Shown here: positions 1 to 12,524 of the stretch, in pieces
Position numbering within the stretch: the stretch's first letter is position 1
How the letters are laid out: every line of letters begins with the position of its first letter
Source: Octopus bimaculoides
Taxonomy: Eukaryota
NCBI RefSeq assembly: GCF_001194135.2
Contig: NC_068984.1
Span: 46,697,719 to 46,757,551, forward strand
Direction of reading: 5' to 3'
DNA: 59,833 nucleotides
The notes under the pieces: model-generated
Seen by the model: only the letters and a program-made list of their open reading frames with translations
The model's database searches: none
Told to the model about the DNA's origin: nothing
Position numbers and translations under genes: made by a program

Positions 1-123
1 ATATATATATATATATATATATATATAAGCTGTAATTTTTTGTATAATTATATATTGTTAATATAACAATACATAATAACGGGCTAGAGTTGTGAAGTGC
101 TCAGCATGAGCTAGATTTCACAT

Positions 124-1327
124 TATAGTAAGAATGGATACATAAGGATGGAACCATACCGTATATACAACGCAAGATTTAATATATATGTGTGTGTGTG
201 TGTGTGTTCAATTCATTCTAGAATCAATAAATATATAGTTTTAAGTCTCTAAAATATCTAAAAAGTAAGGTAAAATAAAGTATACAGGCATATACAACGA
301 TATACCCTTCAGAAATATCATGAATGTTTAACATATTTATTTTAAAATATTTATAAACATGCATAGTTTCCAAGTTGTATAAAAATATTTGACAATTTAA
401 GATAATACATTATGATATATAAACGCACAGTATGATTTAACATAAAATGGGTAAATATATACGATATGATGCAATTTGATATGATATTATAAATTTACAT
501 GTATTATATTAAAAACGTGTACATTATAAAAAAGGATATGTATATATATTATATAAAACAAAAACGTACAATATATAGGTAATATTAAAAGTATTCATGT
601 ACGGGCCGTTTCTGAGATGTGTCTATTAATATGGTCTAGTACTCATACTATAAATTAGACACTCCTTTCATCAGGATATTCATTGTTACAGAAAGAGAGG
701 AAAAAATAAAAATATAAAAAATGTAAAAAGGTTACAGTGACATAATACAATATGTTAACATACATGTAAAAACAAATGGACCTAATACGTTACATCATGA
801 CTCTTTTTATCTCGATTGCAGAATTACGCATATGTAAACAGTCCGTATATGAATACTTTTAACATTACCTATGTATTGTACGTTTTTTGTTTAATGTAAT
901 ATATATACATATCCTTTTCTAATGTACACGTTTTTAATAAAATACATGTAAATTTATATCATCTCAAATTGTATCATATCGTATATATTTACCCATTATA
1001 TGTTAAATCATACTGTACGTTTATATATCGTTAATGTATTATCTTAAATTGTCAAATATTTTTATACAACTTGGAAACTATGCATGTTTATAAATATTTT
1101 TAAATAAATATTTTAAACATTCATGATATTTCTGAAGTTTATATCATTGTATATGCCTGTATACTTTATTTTACCTTACTTTTTAGACATTTTAGATACT
1201 TAAAACTATATATTTATTGATTCTAGAATGAATTGAACACACACACACACATATATATTAAATCTTGCGTTGGATATACGGTATTGTTCCTGAGGTCTTC
1301 CACCCTTATGTATCCATTCTTACTATA
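124..1327. repeat. Long foldback (inverted repeat): arms about 124-611 and 836-1327, spacer about 225 bp
   Basis: TATAGTAAGAATGGATA (124) is the reverse complement of TATCCATTCTTACTATA (1311-1327). GTATTCATGTACGGGCCGTTT (591-611) matches the reverse complement of AAACAGTCCGTATATGAATAC (836-856). The arms between these anchors align with scattered substitutions. (TA)n lies nearby on both sides. Confidence 0.95.
596..690 (-). ncRNA. Degenerate hammerhead ribozyme-like motif
   Basis: Minus strand: CUGAUGA (674-668), a 55-nt stem II region containing GUGUCUA/UAGACAC (7 bp), GAAAC (612-608), a near-palindromic GGCCC, then GUA (602-600). The base of stem II and stem I are mismatched. Confidence 0.5.
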
Positions 1328-1344
1328 TATATATATATATATGA

Positions 1345-1620
1345 GTAATTCCTGTGTCTCCGTAACAAGGGCAGAAGAATAGTGGATGAAGAACTTGAAA
1401 CTGATCGCAAAAGGACATGTCTAATGACTGCCTTGCACTGTGGAACAAAGTCAAGATGTACCTTATTGCCTTCCCAACATCATATTCAGTAGAACGAGGC
1501 TTCTGTGCAGCTCCCCAAATTCTTTCTAAGCAAATGAGCAGACTGAACATTTTTGAAAGCGGGTATCAAAGACTACTTCTTAATATATATCAGCCTGATT
1601 CCAGGTAGCTGTTTGATCCT
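1345..1620 (+). mobile_element. hAT (Charlie/Buster-like) transposase C-terminal dimerisation-domain remnant
   Basis: ORF 1417-1608 reads LWNKVKMYLIAFPTSYSVERGFCA...RLNIFESGYQRLLL, matching the FPTSYxxERGFS...RGDLRL motif of the hAT C-terminal domain. Confidence 0.8.
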
Positions 1621-1735
1621 GCACAAATACATCTTTTACATTAGAAATATGAAAACAATGCAGTTACAGCTGCGATGTAACTTTACAATTTCATATTGAA
1701 AAAGAGCAAAATAAAGGGCTAACTTGGTTCATTTT

Positions 1736-1740
<5 letters not shown>

Positions 1741-1815
<75 letters not shown>
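1741..1815. repeat. (TG)n microsatellite
   Basis: Direct inspection. Confidence 0.99.
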
Positions 1816-1818
<3 letters not shown>

Positions 1819-2817
1819 TACAGTTGTTTTTAATTTGTTTTAGAAAGCGCTCTATGTTTGTGGTAATACGGTGTGTGAGGCTGGGTTCGCTTGAAGTATA
1901 GCCTGAAAACCAAGAGAGTGGCAGACTGAAAAAGACTGTGAACCATTGGTTTAGATTCTAGCGTAGTGGGAAGGTGAGAGACATATGAGAAAAACAGCGT
2001 ATTTGTCAACAGATTTAATTAGCATATTAGAAGGTTTTAAGATGTATATGTGAATGTGATTTTAAAGTGTATGTGTTTACGCATAAATTACACGTCTCTC
2101 AGAGTGTGCGTGTGTTTCAAATTTTCGAATTAATAGAAGTGGAGCGCTTAATTGAAGCTGTTTCTAAAACAACAAATGACTGATTATAGTTGGTTGGCGT
2201 TGAATTTTTATTTGGTGGTATAAATTCTAAATAATCGTATTTAAATGGGGGGAAAAACCAAACGAAGAATTGAGAAATTTTGTGTATTGCAGTTGAAAGA
2301 AATTCCTGTGAAATATACATAAAATTAATTTTAATATTGAATATAGTTTCTTTGAAGTACCTGGCACATTATGGTGTGTTGTTTGATGTGAGTATATTAA
2401 ATATACGGACAAGATTCGTGAAGGGTGGCAACTTGACACCTACTTTACGCTAATGTACCTGTAAGTTTACTGTGAATAATTAAATTCAGTGTGTCTTAAA
2501 TACTATTAAATTTAAAGTAGGGAGAGGGTATACTCTTCTACAATAAAAGACTGTCGTTAAAATATCTAACGAACTTACATTGGATTAATAAATGCACAGA
2601 CAGACACATTGATGGGTATACATACTTTTGACATGGTAGCAAGATAACGCAGGTTTGGTATAGCAAATGACGAAGAAGAGTCGTGAAGAGTAGTGTTTTG
2701 AACTTCAAAAGCAAGTTACAATGTAACTGCATTTGCAACAAATTTCTCGAGTTTTATACATGACTACTAATCCCTTCCTCTCTTTTCCTCCCTCCTCATT
2801 CTCTCTGTGTGTGTTTA

Positions 2818-2939
<122 letters not shown>

Positions 2940-4500
2940 CTGTGGGGGTGAGCGTGTAAGAAGATATGTGTGTACGTATAAAACGACATTATTTTACATA
3001 AGCCTTCCCAAATCAAGATGAACTTGCGCCAAACCTCGATAAAAATAGTACAAGTCCGAACTTCAATATCAAGAACATGATTAAAAACAATAACACAGCA
3101 GAAATTTATGAAAGGTGGCTCGACTCAACTCCTTGTATTCTCCCTCAGAAAGCTGCAAAGTAAAGCCATCCGAAATTAACTTGAGTTGCAGAGTAAACTT
3201 AAGAACAAATGGCCCTCAATATATTTAAAACAAATATAGAACGCCTAAGGCTGGGGGTTCAGAAATGCAACTCAAGATCAGATGGAAGACAACATTGCTA
3301 ATTTGCCGAAGGCGAACTTTTTTAACACCGTCCAGATCGGGAAACAAAGGTGCGAGAATGCCTAAATGCCTAAATGTCGTTCCACGTGCTGTGTAAAGTG
3401 ATACCTTTGCACACATTGCTTAATAATATTTATGTGTGTGCGTGATTATGCTTGTATGTATGCGTGCTTCTGTGCGTATGTGCGTGCGTTTGTGTGTGTG
3501 TTCTTAAGTCAGTATGCATCTAAGTACGCATATGTGTATGTGAGGGTGAAAATAAGGCAATATTTTACAAGGAGATAAATTATTTCAGCTTCTAATGCTG
3601 AAAGTAGTTTCGAAAAGGCGCAACCATATTGGATATTTTTTGAATACCGGGAACAGGTACAGTGTTGTGAAGAGAGATGGAAATAGATAGCTATTTTCGG
3701 TCGATCTCTATTGTAAAAGCATATTAAATTGTTCGCAAAGCTAATTATTTGTGTAATGAAAATATGAAATCGGCTGATGTTCAACTGAAATGAGTGAATA
3801 TTTACCAAAATTGATTAACTCTATCTATAGGTATAGAATCGCTCTAATAATGTTCGTTGCTTGCATTTCTTAGAGATTGGCATCCGATTGTAAGCCTTTC
3901 ATTAATTTGTGAAGGGCTGAGGTTCCGATATAATCCGGTACAATTTTAGTAGGAAAAGAATTTATGTCAACGCCATTGCTTTATGAGTGAATTAATTATT
4001 AATCTTAATCTGCCGGCAAAAAATAAATTAGTTGTAAGTTAGGAGTGACCGTTACCTGTTAAGAAATAAGTGTTCACCTACAATGATGATTCTTTCATTA
4101 CTATTCATGCAGATAAGATGTTAGCAGTCTGTGTTTGTAAAATCTAAATTAAAAGCATAAACCAGAGTATGAACTTTTTGGTGGTGATTTTTGAAAGTAA
4201 GCAGATATGATGTATATTTCCTTATTCTTTAGTGAAGAATAAATGTTACTAATTAGGAAATAGCTTTCACTTAAGCTATTCCAAAAGGACTCTACCTACA
4301 TGGAAAAGTTAACTTGAATACTTATTAAATTTGTCTCTATTAAAGACATATATCACGTAAGAGTCACAAGAACAAATCTGACAGCAATTTTTCTTCCTGA
4401 TTTCTGATAAAGAGGGAATTTTCCAGTTGGCATTATAGGTGCCATGCTAGCATTTCGTGACCATATTTAGTTTGCTAAATATTTTCATCAAATCATATCT

Positions 4501-4518
4501 GCAGCAGCGGGCGCTACT

Positions 4519-4561
<43 letters not shown>

Positions 4562-4604
4562 CAGTAGAAGTAGTAGTAGTAGCACCACCACCACCGCCAC
4601 CACC
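4501..4604. repeat. Compound (CAG)n/(TAG)n/(CAC)n trinucleotide repeat
   Basis: Direct inspection. Confidence 0.95.
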
Positions 4605-6699
4605 AGAAATACGAGGTGTGTGAGAACCTGACGACGTCGATGGCTACGACGATAGAGCATTTAGGCATTTGAGATATTCATATATGAGAAAGGTTTATGC
4701 AATATTTTTTGCAACGCTTCTGTTGAACATTCTCTCGTATCCATCTAGAGCAAGAGCTTCGTTTTAAACGTTAATAAGATGCTGAAGCTGCTTCCTTTTA
4801 AAAGCAAAGACAGGAACAGGCAGGTGTTCTTCACTAAAGTTTTAATAGCACATCAAGTAGGGTTTTAAGGTATATGTATATATCGTTGTGTAGGCAGAGA
4901 ATGGAATAATTAATAACTTCCTTCACAACAAAATCCAATGTTCATTTCCACTGCATGGAATCTAGGGCAGCTGTTTTTCATGGCCTCGGTTCATCCCATT
5001 GCTTATGATTGTAATCAAGTACACGAAATGTCGAAATGTATAAATAGGATCATCGGTTGGTTTGTATATATAATTAAAATGGTATAACTCAGGAACACGT
5101 AATTCTGTTCATGGAATACCTGAACCTTCACCAGAAATTCATTACCACCCTACAGTAGTCTTGAGAGATTTTAAAATGCTTTATATAACATTTCCCAATT
5201 GCAGTTTACGTCGATGATGTTTAATGTCTTTAGTTATAGTTCAATTGGGAGAGACAAATATAGGTATAGAAAATCATGATGTAGATTCTTCTAAACTTTA
5301 TCTTTAGGTCGGCGTTTAGTGTGCAGAATGAGTAGTGTCGCCTGTTTTATGCATCACCGGTGATACAAAGAAATGTAGTATTATAAAATATTTGAAGAAT
5401 GGATAAACTGTACGAATATTCGGAAGCCATGCATAAGTCGAAAGGCTAAGTATTAATTTTCTTGATCTAAGACGAATTATAATTATTAACTTTCTTTAGC
5501 TTTTATGTGAGCTAACACTTTGGTGCGCTTTCATGAAACTATGCGTGGAGGATTGGATAGTATCGGATAGTAATCTTTGATGTTGAATTGGAAGAAGGCG
5601 AATGCTTTAACCTTTTGGACGTTATTACATCTCTCTATGGTCGCATTTGCATTATTCTAAAACGGTAAGTTGGATTTTAGCTTAGGATTCGAGATGATAG
5701 ATTCCAAAATAGTTTTGCTGATATTGCCTATATAAGATTTTCATGAAGCTTACTAACTTAATAACTAACGATTTGCAGGTTCTGTTTATGATATTTGACG
5801 TTAAACTGAAATATTTAGGGAGTTATTGTACCTACAGTATCATGGCGTTAAAGTGTGGTTAAATGCTTTTTGTTAGCGTTGACATATACCAGAGTAACAT
5901 AAGTTCTGAAAACAATTTGAGCGAGAATTAGAAAACGAACGGTGTTACATTAGATATTTGACCTAATTAGAATTATTGAATTATGAATGATGCTTCGGTT
6001 GAATGTCAACAGTTTAGTTTGATCTTTTATACTTTTTCAAACAATTGACGTTTCTATGAGATATGAATATTTTAAAGATAATTGCATCCGAAGACTGAAA
6101 TAAGTTGTAGTATAAAGACATCTATTTTAATCTTGAATCCATTATTGCTGGAAAAGTTAACCTTTGTAAATCGGTTGACATAAATTTACGCACAGAGTGT
6201 ACATGCTTTAAATCATCTAATGTCCATCAATACGGAAGGATATATAATATATAATATTTAGATGATTTAATGCATGTACATATTGTCAATGACAACACAC
6301 CATGATAAGCTCAGAGACCACTACGAAATTCAGGCTACGACAGAGAGATAGGATATTCTTCAAGCCGAGGATTTTAAAATTACGGGAGCAATAATTGCAT
6401 ATCGCCTCAGGAAGCACAACTACATCTCATAATGTCGGGAAGCAGTTGCATAATCAAGTACCTGCACATCTGGAGAATTACAATGTGTAGAAACAATTGG
6501 AGTGATTAAAAAGTAAATGTCCGACCCTACCCCTGTTGTCAAGTGTTTTGTTTTCAATTATCTATTCACACATGACAGATACCCAAACGCAACCTGGTAG
6601 TGCGTATAATTCTACTACTGGATAGCACAGGGTAAATCTGAATGTGGACGAACTTTATACTGTACTCGACAACGTTGTTAAAGGACTTGCACGTAACAT

Positions 6700-7010
6700 T
6701 GGCATTAAAAGTTACAAACACAGCAGAGCGGAGCGCTAATGCATTGTGCTAAAAAAGCCCTAACATTGCCATTAGAATACAGGACAAAATACTGCAACAG
6801 CTTAGGTTTCAAGGGCAAACAACTCCTCATTATCCTCCTGAAACTCCTATGAGACTTACATGGCTTAGATGTAGGCGTCTTCAAAGCAGAACTGGATCTG
6901 CTCCTGGTAAGAGTTTTGGATGTACCTACCTCGTAGTAGGAAACACAGAGAAGGCAGCAACAGCAAAATAGTTCATTCAAAAATGGCACATGTCAGAAGC
7001 GGTTTCAAGC
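6700..7010 (+). mobile_element. CR1/L2-type LINE, decayed 3' end of ORF2
   Basis: Conceptual translation YCNSLGFKGKQLLIILLKLL*DLHGLDVGVFKAELDLLLVRVLDVP resembles the C-terminal (W/F)NxLP...FKxxLD region of CR1/L2 ORF2, with in-frame stops. Confidence 0.65.
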
Positions 7011-7397
7011 GGTATAAGTATACTAAAGATAACGGGGGTGCCCCAGCTTTACCGCAGGTCTTGAACTTGAGCTAAAAAATCAAACTGAATAACATATATA
7101 GAAGTAATGTTTATCGCCATTTAAACATGACTATTCCGTAGCTAATTTGCTTAATATTATGTGTGTGTGTAGATAGATAGATAGATAGATAGATAGAGAG
7201 AGAGAGGGAGAGAGAGACAGAGATGTAGATATCCATATACAATGTTTGTGTGTGGAATTTATACCGACATACACGCGAGCACACACATCTACATCCGTAT
7301 ATACACGAGTGTTTGTATGCGTATGCATGTATATATGGGTGTGTATGGTTATGTGCGAATGAATAAATACGCACATATAGCTAAATATGTCGTTAAT

Positions 7398-7439
<42 letters not shown>

Positions 7440-7494
7440 CGGTTATATGTGTATGTATTTATGTGTGTAAGTAGAGAGCGAGGGAGAGAGAAGG

Positions 7495-7530
7495 AAATAG
7501 ATAGATAGATAACCAGACAGACGGACAGAC

Positions 7531-7590
<60 letters not shown>
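7495..7590. repeat. (GATA)n/(GACA)n microsatellite
   Basis: Direct inspection. Confidence 0.98.
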
Positions 7591-7593
<3 letters not shown>

Positions 7594-9947
7594 CAGTGGT
7601 GTCTTACCAGCAATCCTACCCTGCAGTTATCCAGTTCCTAATCCCATGACAACAGCTCTGTGTTAAGCACGTATTAATCTTCATTCAGATATTATGTGAA
7701 TATTATACGTTGCTTTCTTTTCTTCCTTTTTTTCCGCGAAGAACCGAAATCCTATTACATGTTCTGTGTGAGACGATTAGCATTCTTATTCTTTGTTGCT
7801 GCGATTGATGTTAAAGGTTATTCTTCTTCATATTAATATGATAGCAAATGCTACATTAATAGAAACCTGTCACAGGAAAAGCAATTGCAGCAGCACTAGT
7901 AGCAGCACATAGTGGCAGTTTAAGAATGAATGCATATTTTCTGTAAGGACATTTTCCATTTTATTTCCTTTGCTTTCACCTATATCACTGTTTATTGTTT
8001 ATTATATTTGTCTATTTGTTGAATCTAATTTATCAGATATCATTATATAGACGTTGTCCTTTGATTCATGTACAACTATATAATGAATAAATGAAGGGTG
8101 AGATTATTGTCATGCAATTATTTTGAAAAATCGGTAACGACTGTGAGTTTCTGATATAATAAATCACGTTGAATTACAATACTCATATGCAATGATTAAA
8201 CGTATGTCCAATCCAAATAAATCTATGGTCTTGAAACTAGTGTCAAATTAGTTGCAAAGAGAAGAGTACTCTGGTGAAAATACATCATGTTTATGTTTCA
8301 ATGTTTAAGTGAAATAGTTAAAGACATGTTCGAGGGACAGAAAACACTTGTGCTTCTAAACATAACACGAAATTAATGGCTAACGTAAATACAAAACGTT
8401 TTTTTTTTTCTCCCTATGGTCAGGATTTTTGTAGTGATTGTTTTACTCACCGAAATTCACTGATACGTTAGAGTAGCAAGTTACGAAATGCACAGAAAAG
8501 CATAGCGTAAAATGGAGACTTGTTTAAGCAGCTGGATGGTTAGTGATTCGTTTTCTGCCATTAAAATTCAGTCTTAAAATATTCGGTCCAATTAGAAGAA
8601 AGTAAACGGTAACCATATACGGATAACTTATTTGTATTCCTAATACATTTTTTCCGTTTTAAAACACAATCTTTCACGTACTTTTTTCCTCGAATCATCT
8701 AATTAACAAGGAATGTCCATCAATACGGGAAAGCAGCTGATTCATAGTTTCGGCTATTTTACAGGCAAAGAAATTGGATTCTACAGAAGGGTATGTAATC
8801 GCTTGGGTATCTTATATCATAATAGATTATAAACGACATAAGAATTACGACTGTTTGCCGAAATTTTGAGGATTGTTTCATAAGTTCCATATGATACTTT
8901 TAACGAAAGAGTTTACCTAATTAAGCTGATTTCCTCAAGTTACACAACTTTAGAATATGATATTTATTGTTTTCTAAGATGCGACACATTGTAGAATTTT
9001 GTGTTTAACATATTCTAGAGTTTGGCTTTTTGTATTCTGCCACAGTTAGTGTGGCACTTAGACCGGAAGTAGCAGGAAGAATTTACGACGTATTTTCAAC
9101 ATTTAGCAATACCTTCGCGTAAAGATAAGAATATAAAGAAATATTTCAGCTACATAGAACATTAAGATTGCCTTGAATTTGCTACCTATTTTGAGATACA
9201 TAGCTGAATCCAACGGAAGATAGTTTGTTTAGTCACGAAGTATGAACGAAAAGCACAAACAATTCCCTGAGATGTGAATTCACTTTACGTACAGTAACAG
9301 ATGGTTCTTGAGGTGAAGATAATCTATTACGAAGAATGCATAAGTTCTTTAAATATATAAGGAAGAAGAAATGCTGGAAGAATCAAACGAAGAACAAAGA
9401 GACAACGAGGTAACTATATATTATAGATAAGTGATGTGGAATATGTCCTTTACGCATGCTTCTGAAACCATTTCGATTAATATGAAAAGTAAATATAGGT
9501 GAACTGTATATACGTTTTAAATATATGTAAAGATATTTCATAGTCGTACTTGCTCTTCTCTTTCTTGACATCAATAAATAAATCTAATAGCCCATAAATG
9601 AATATCAATCATAATTCACTACGAAAGCAAAATAGCAGCTGTTGGAATCTGAACACTATATCATATTCTCCTCTAAAAGTTGGGTGAAATGACACTTAAA
9701 TGGGATATTTTTACTGTATTTTGATCCACTAGAGTATGAAACGAATCTTCAATAATTATTGAAGCTTCCGGAATATTAAATCTTTATTAGAAATATATTT
9801 ACTATTCTACATTGTATTCCAAGCAGTTGACACTTCGATTATTATCGGATTCTCACTGAGAGTGTTTCTCATTCACTATAAAACTCCTCACATACACACA
9901 CATAGAAGCACACAGACAACGCATGTATATACGTATGCGTAGATGTA

Positions 9948-9981
<34 letters not shown>

Positions 9982-10687
9982 NNNNNNNNNNNNNNNNNNN
10001 NNNNNNNNNNNNNNNNNNNNNNNNNNNNNNNNNNNNNNNNNNNNNNNNNNNNNNNNNTATATATATGCGTGTGTGACTGTGAATGACAAGATATATAGAG
10101 TTATAAATTTATTTTATATATTTCTGATTCGGTGTAGTTTTGCATGTGTACTTTTGCACAGGGTGAATATGAAGTACTTGTGCTATTGTTTTGTGGAAGC
10201 ACTGTTTCTAATTAGTCTTAGCTTCTTCTGCTTTGTTATCTTCATTTTTAATTATGACAACTAATAATGGTGATTTGCACAGCGGACACAAATCTTTAAG
10301 TATCTTTTCCCGTTACACAGCTTCTTCAACAAAAACAGAACACAATGCCTGTTGGTGCTTATGCATGGTAACAAAGTATCTTGCAATGATATTCAAAACA
10401 GTGTTGGCTTTCGAATAGTTGGCTCGCAGTTCCATGGCTGCTTGGACACACCTTAGCGTCATTCGACCGTCCTTACTGCTACGGGATAATAGAAAATTCA
10501 GATGAATCTCAATCATATATGGTAAGCAGTATAGGATACTTCGAACAAAATCAAGGGAGGTGCTGGTAGTAAAAATGTTTCAAACCACATTTTAGCGGAG
10601 ACATCAGTGTAAAATATAGATAGATTATTTTTCCTAGCATGGTTGGTACAGAGCCGTGAGAACTTGCAACTCATAGTCCATCCAAAG

Positions 10688-10799
10688 CAGCAGCAGCAAC
10701 AGCAGCAGAAGAAGAAGAAGAAGAAGAAGAAGAAGAAGAAGAAGAAGAAGAAGAAGAAGAAGAAGAAGAAGAAGAAGAAGAAGAAGAAGAAGAAGAAGA
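10688..10799. repeat. (CAG)n grading into long (AAG)n microsatellite
   Basis: Direct inspection. It explains the poly-K and poly-L ORFs in the track. Confidence 0.98.
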
Positions 10800-12524
10800 T
10801 TTATATCATGTACGAATGTATGTATATACATAATATGATGTAGTATAATATAATATGATATTTTTACAGTTCTTGTAACATATATACTACCCTCCAGTAT
10901 GAGAAGCGAGCTGAATTGGTTATACATGTGATATATATTGGAATACCGGCACAGCTCTAAATCTATAGTACTTCAATTACATTAAAACTGCATTATCTAT
11001 TGCTTTCTTTGTCAGCAGGATGTGATTTCTAGAAGATTCGCTACGTTCTCTTGCATTTTGAATGACATCTTAGAAACTCCATTGTTGCGTCAAAATGACA
11101 AATAAATACTGTTTGCTATGTGAGGAATATTTTTGTTATGTTTATTGTTTATTTGCAGCTTAGCATGTAACGAGAAGTTCTATGATCAAAGTCTCTCGAA
11201 ACATTTAGCTTGTTTCAGACATAATATATCGAAGACAACATTATTCAAGGTGTCCTTGATATTTTTGTTAGTAGAAGATGCAAATTTGGGGAGATTTAGC
11301 TGCTTTACGTGCAGGTTGAGTGACAGTTTAGTGGGTCGATTGTTCATAGAGGATATCATGTGTCTCTCATTATGTCATTGTCTATAGATCGTGGATGAAT
11401 GCTGACCTGCACGAAGCAGGCTAAATGTAGATGTTATTTTTAACAGTTTCCGATATACGACTGCAATGGAATATATCCCCATCATCAGTATCGCCGCCAC
11501 TACCAACACCACCGACAGCACTACCTTGATTGAAATCATCAATCAGCATCACAACCATTAATCAACATCATCATCAATTTAATAGGCATATATATTTATG
11601 CCGTCCTATTTTCAACTTTTCTTCTTTAACTACATTAGGTTCGTAACCGCCAAAGATATTATGTTCCCTTTTTAATTATAAATACTTAAATAATGTTTGG
11701 CATTGTCGAACTGATCTGAATTAAAGAATACGAAGTTGTTGAATTATATTATTTCTTTCTTCTTGCAAAGAAAGTTAATGTAGGTGATGGTGTTGGGTCG
11801 GGCAATAAAAAAGAAAAAAAAATCTAGCTTTTAATTAATTACATTAAGTAAAATTATCGCTGCACTCGAATTCCTTTGTTAGTGAGAAATAGGAAATATT
11901 AGTAATGTGCATGATAGCTTAGCAGTTGAAATCATATTATGTGTCAAATTAATTTGAGTATATATTGTCAGAATTTCAGAACAAGAGAGTGAGTGTGGTA
12001 ATTGCTGTGTGACTACTTGTAATTTCGCTCATGAAATATGAGGTACCTTGTAAACTTGATCATTGTTTTATAGCGTTTTTTCCGTATCGCTACATATTCA
12101 AAAGTGAGAATTAACACGTACAGGCTTAGGCGTAGTGGAAACATAAGTTTTCACAATATGGTGCTGATTAAAATAACAAAAATTCACGTAAATTTCATGA
12201 GCTAATGCCAAAACAGTTTTTAGTATACGTTTGCGATAGAAAATGTCTGCCAGCGAAACTGAAAATTTATACTTATGGTTGTCATATAGACTCGTTAATT
12301 ATCATTGACAATTGTAACTATATCGAGACATTTAGATCAATTATTAACCGTCATATACTTTAATATGCACGGATGTAATAACTGAAGCAGTATGTGACTG
12401 GTGATAAGAACATTAATAGTAGGACTACTATCAGTTGCATTGGTTGTCATTAACCCTTTATTCCTACATACATAACAAAAGCATCTCAACTGTGAGAACA
12501 GCTTCAGCATCAGCAGTAATTCAT

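Noticed and set aside
4628-4660. CUGACGA followed by a CGUCG/CGACG hairpin
   Set aside because: No GAAA follows stem II.
5500-5664. Segment with a good acceptor and gtaagt donor
   Set aside because: Stops in all three frames. It could be a UTR or lncRNA exon but has no other support.
8451-8575. Minus-strand segment ending in a gtgagt donor
   Set aside because: Stops in all frames and no independent evidence.
9274-9284. TCCCTGAGA (miR-125-like seed)
   Set aside because: The rest of the mature sequence does not match and there is no adequate hairpin.
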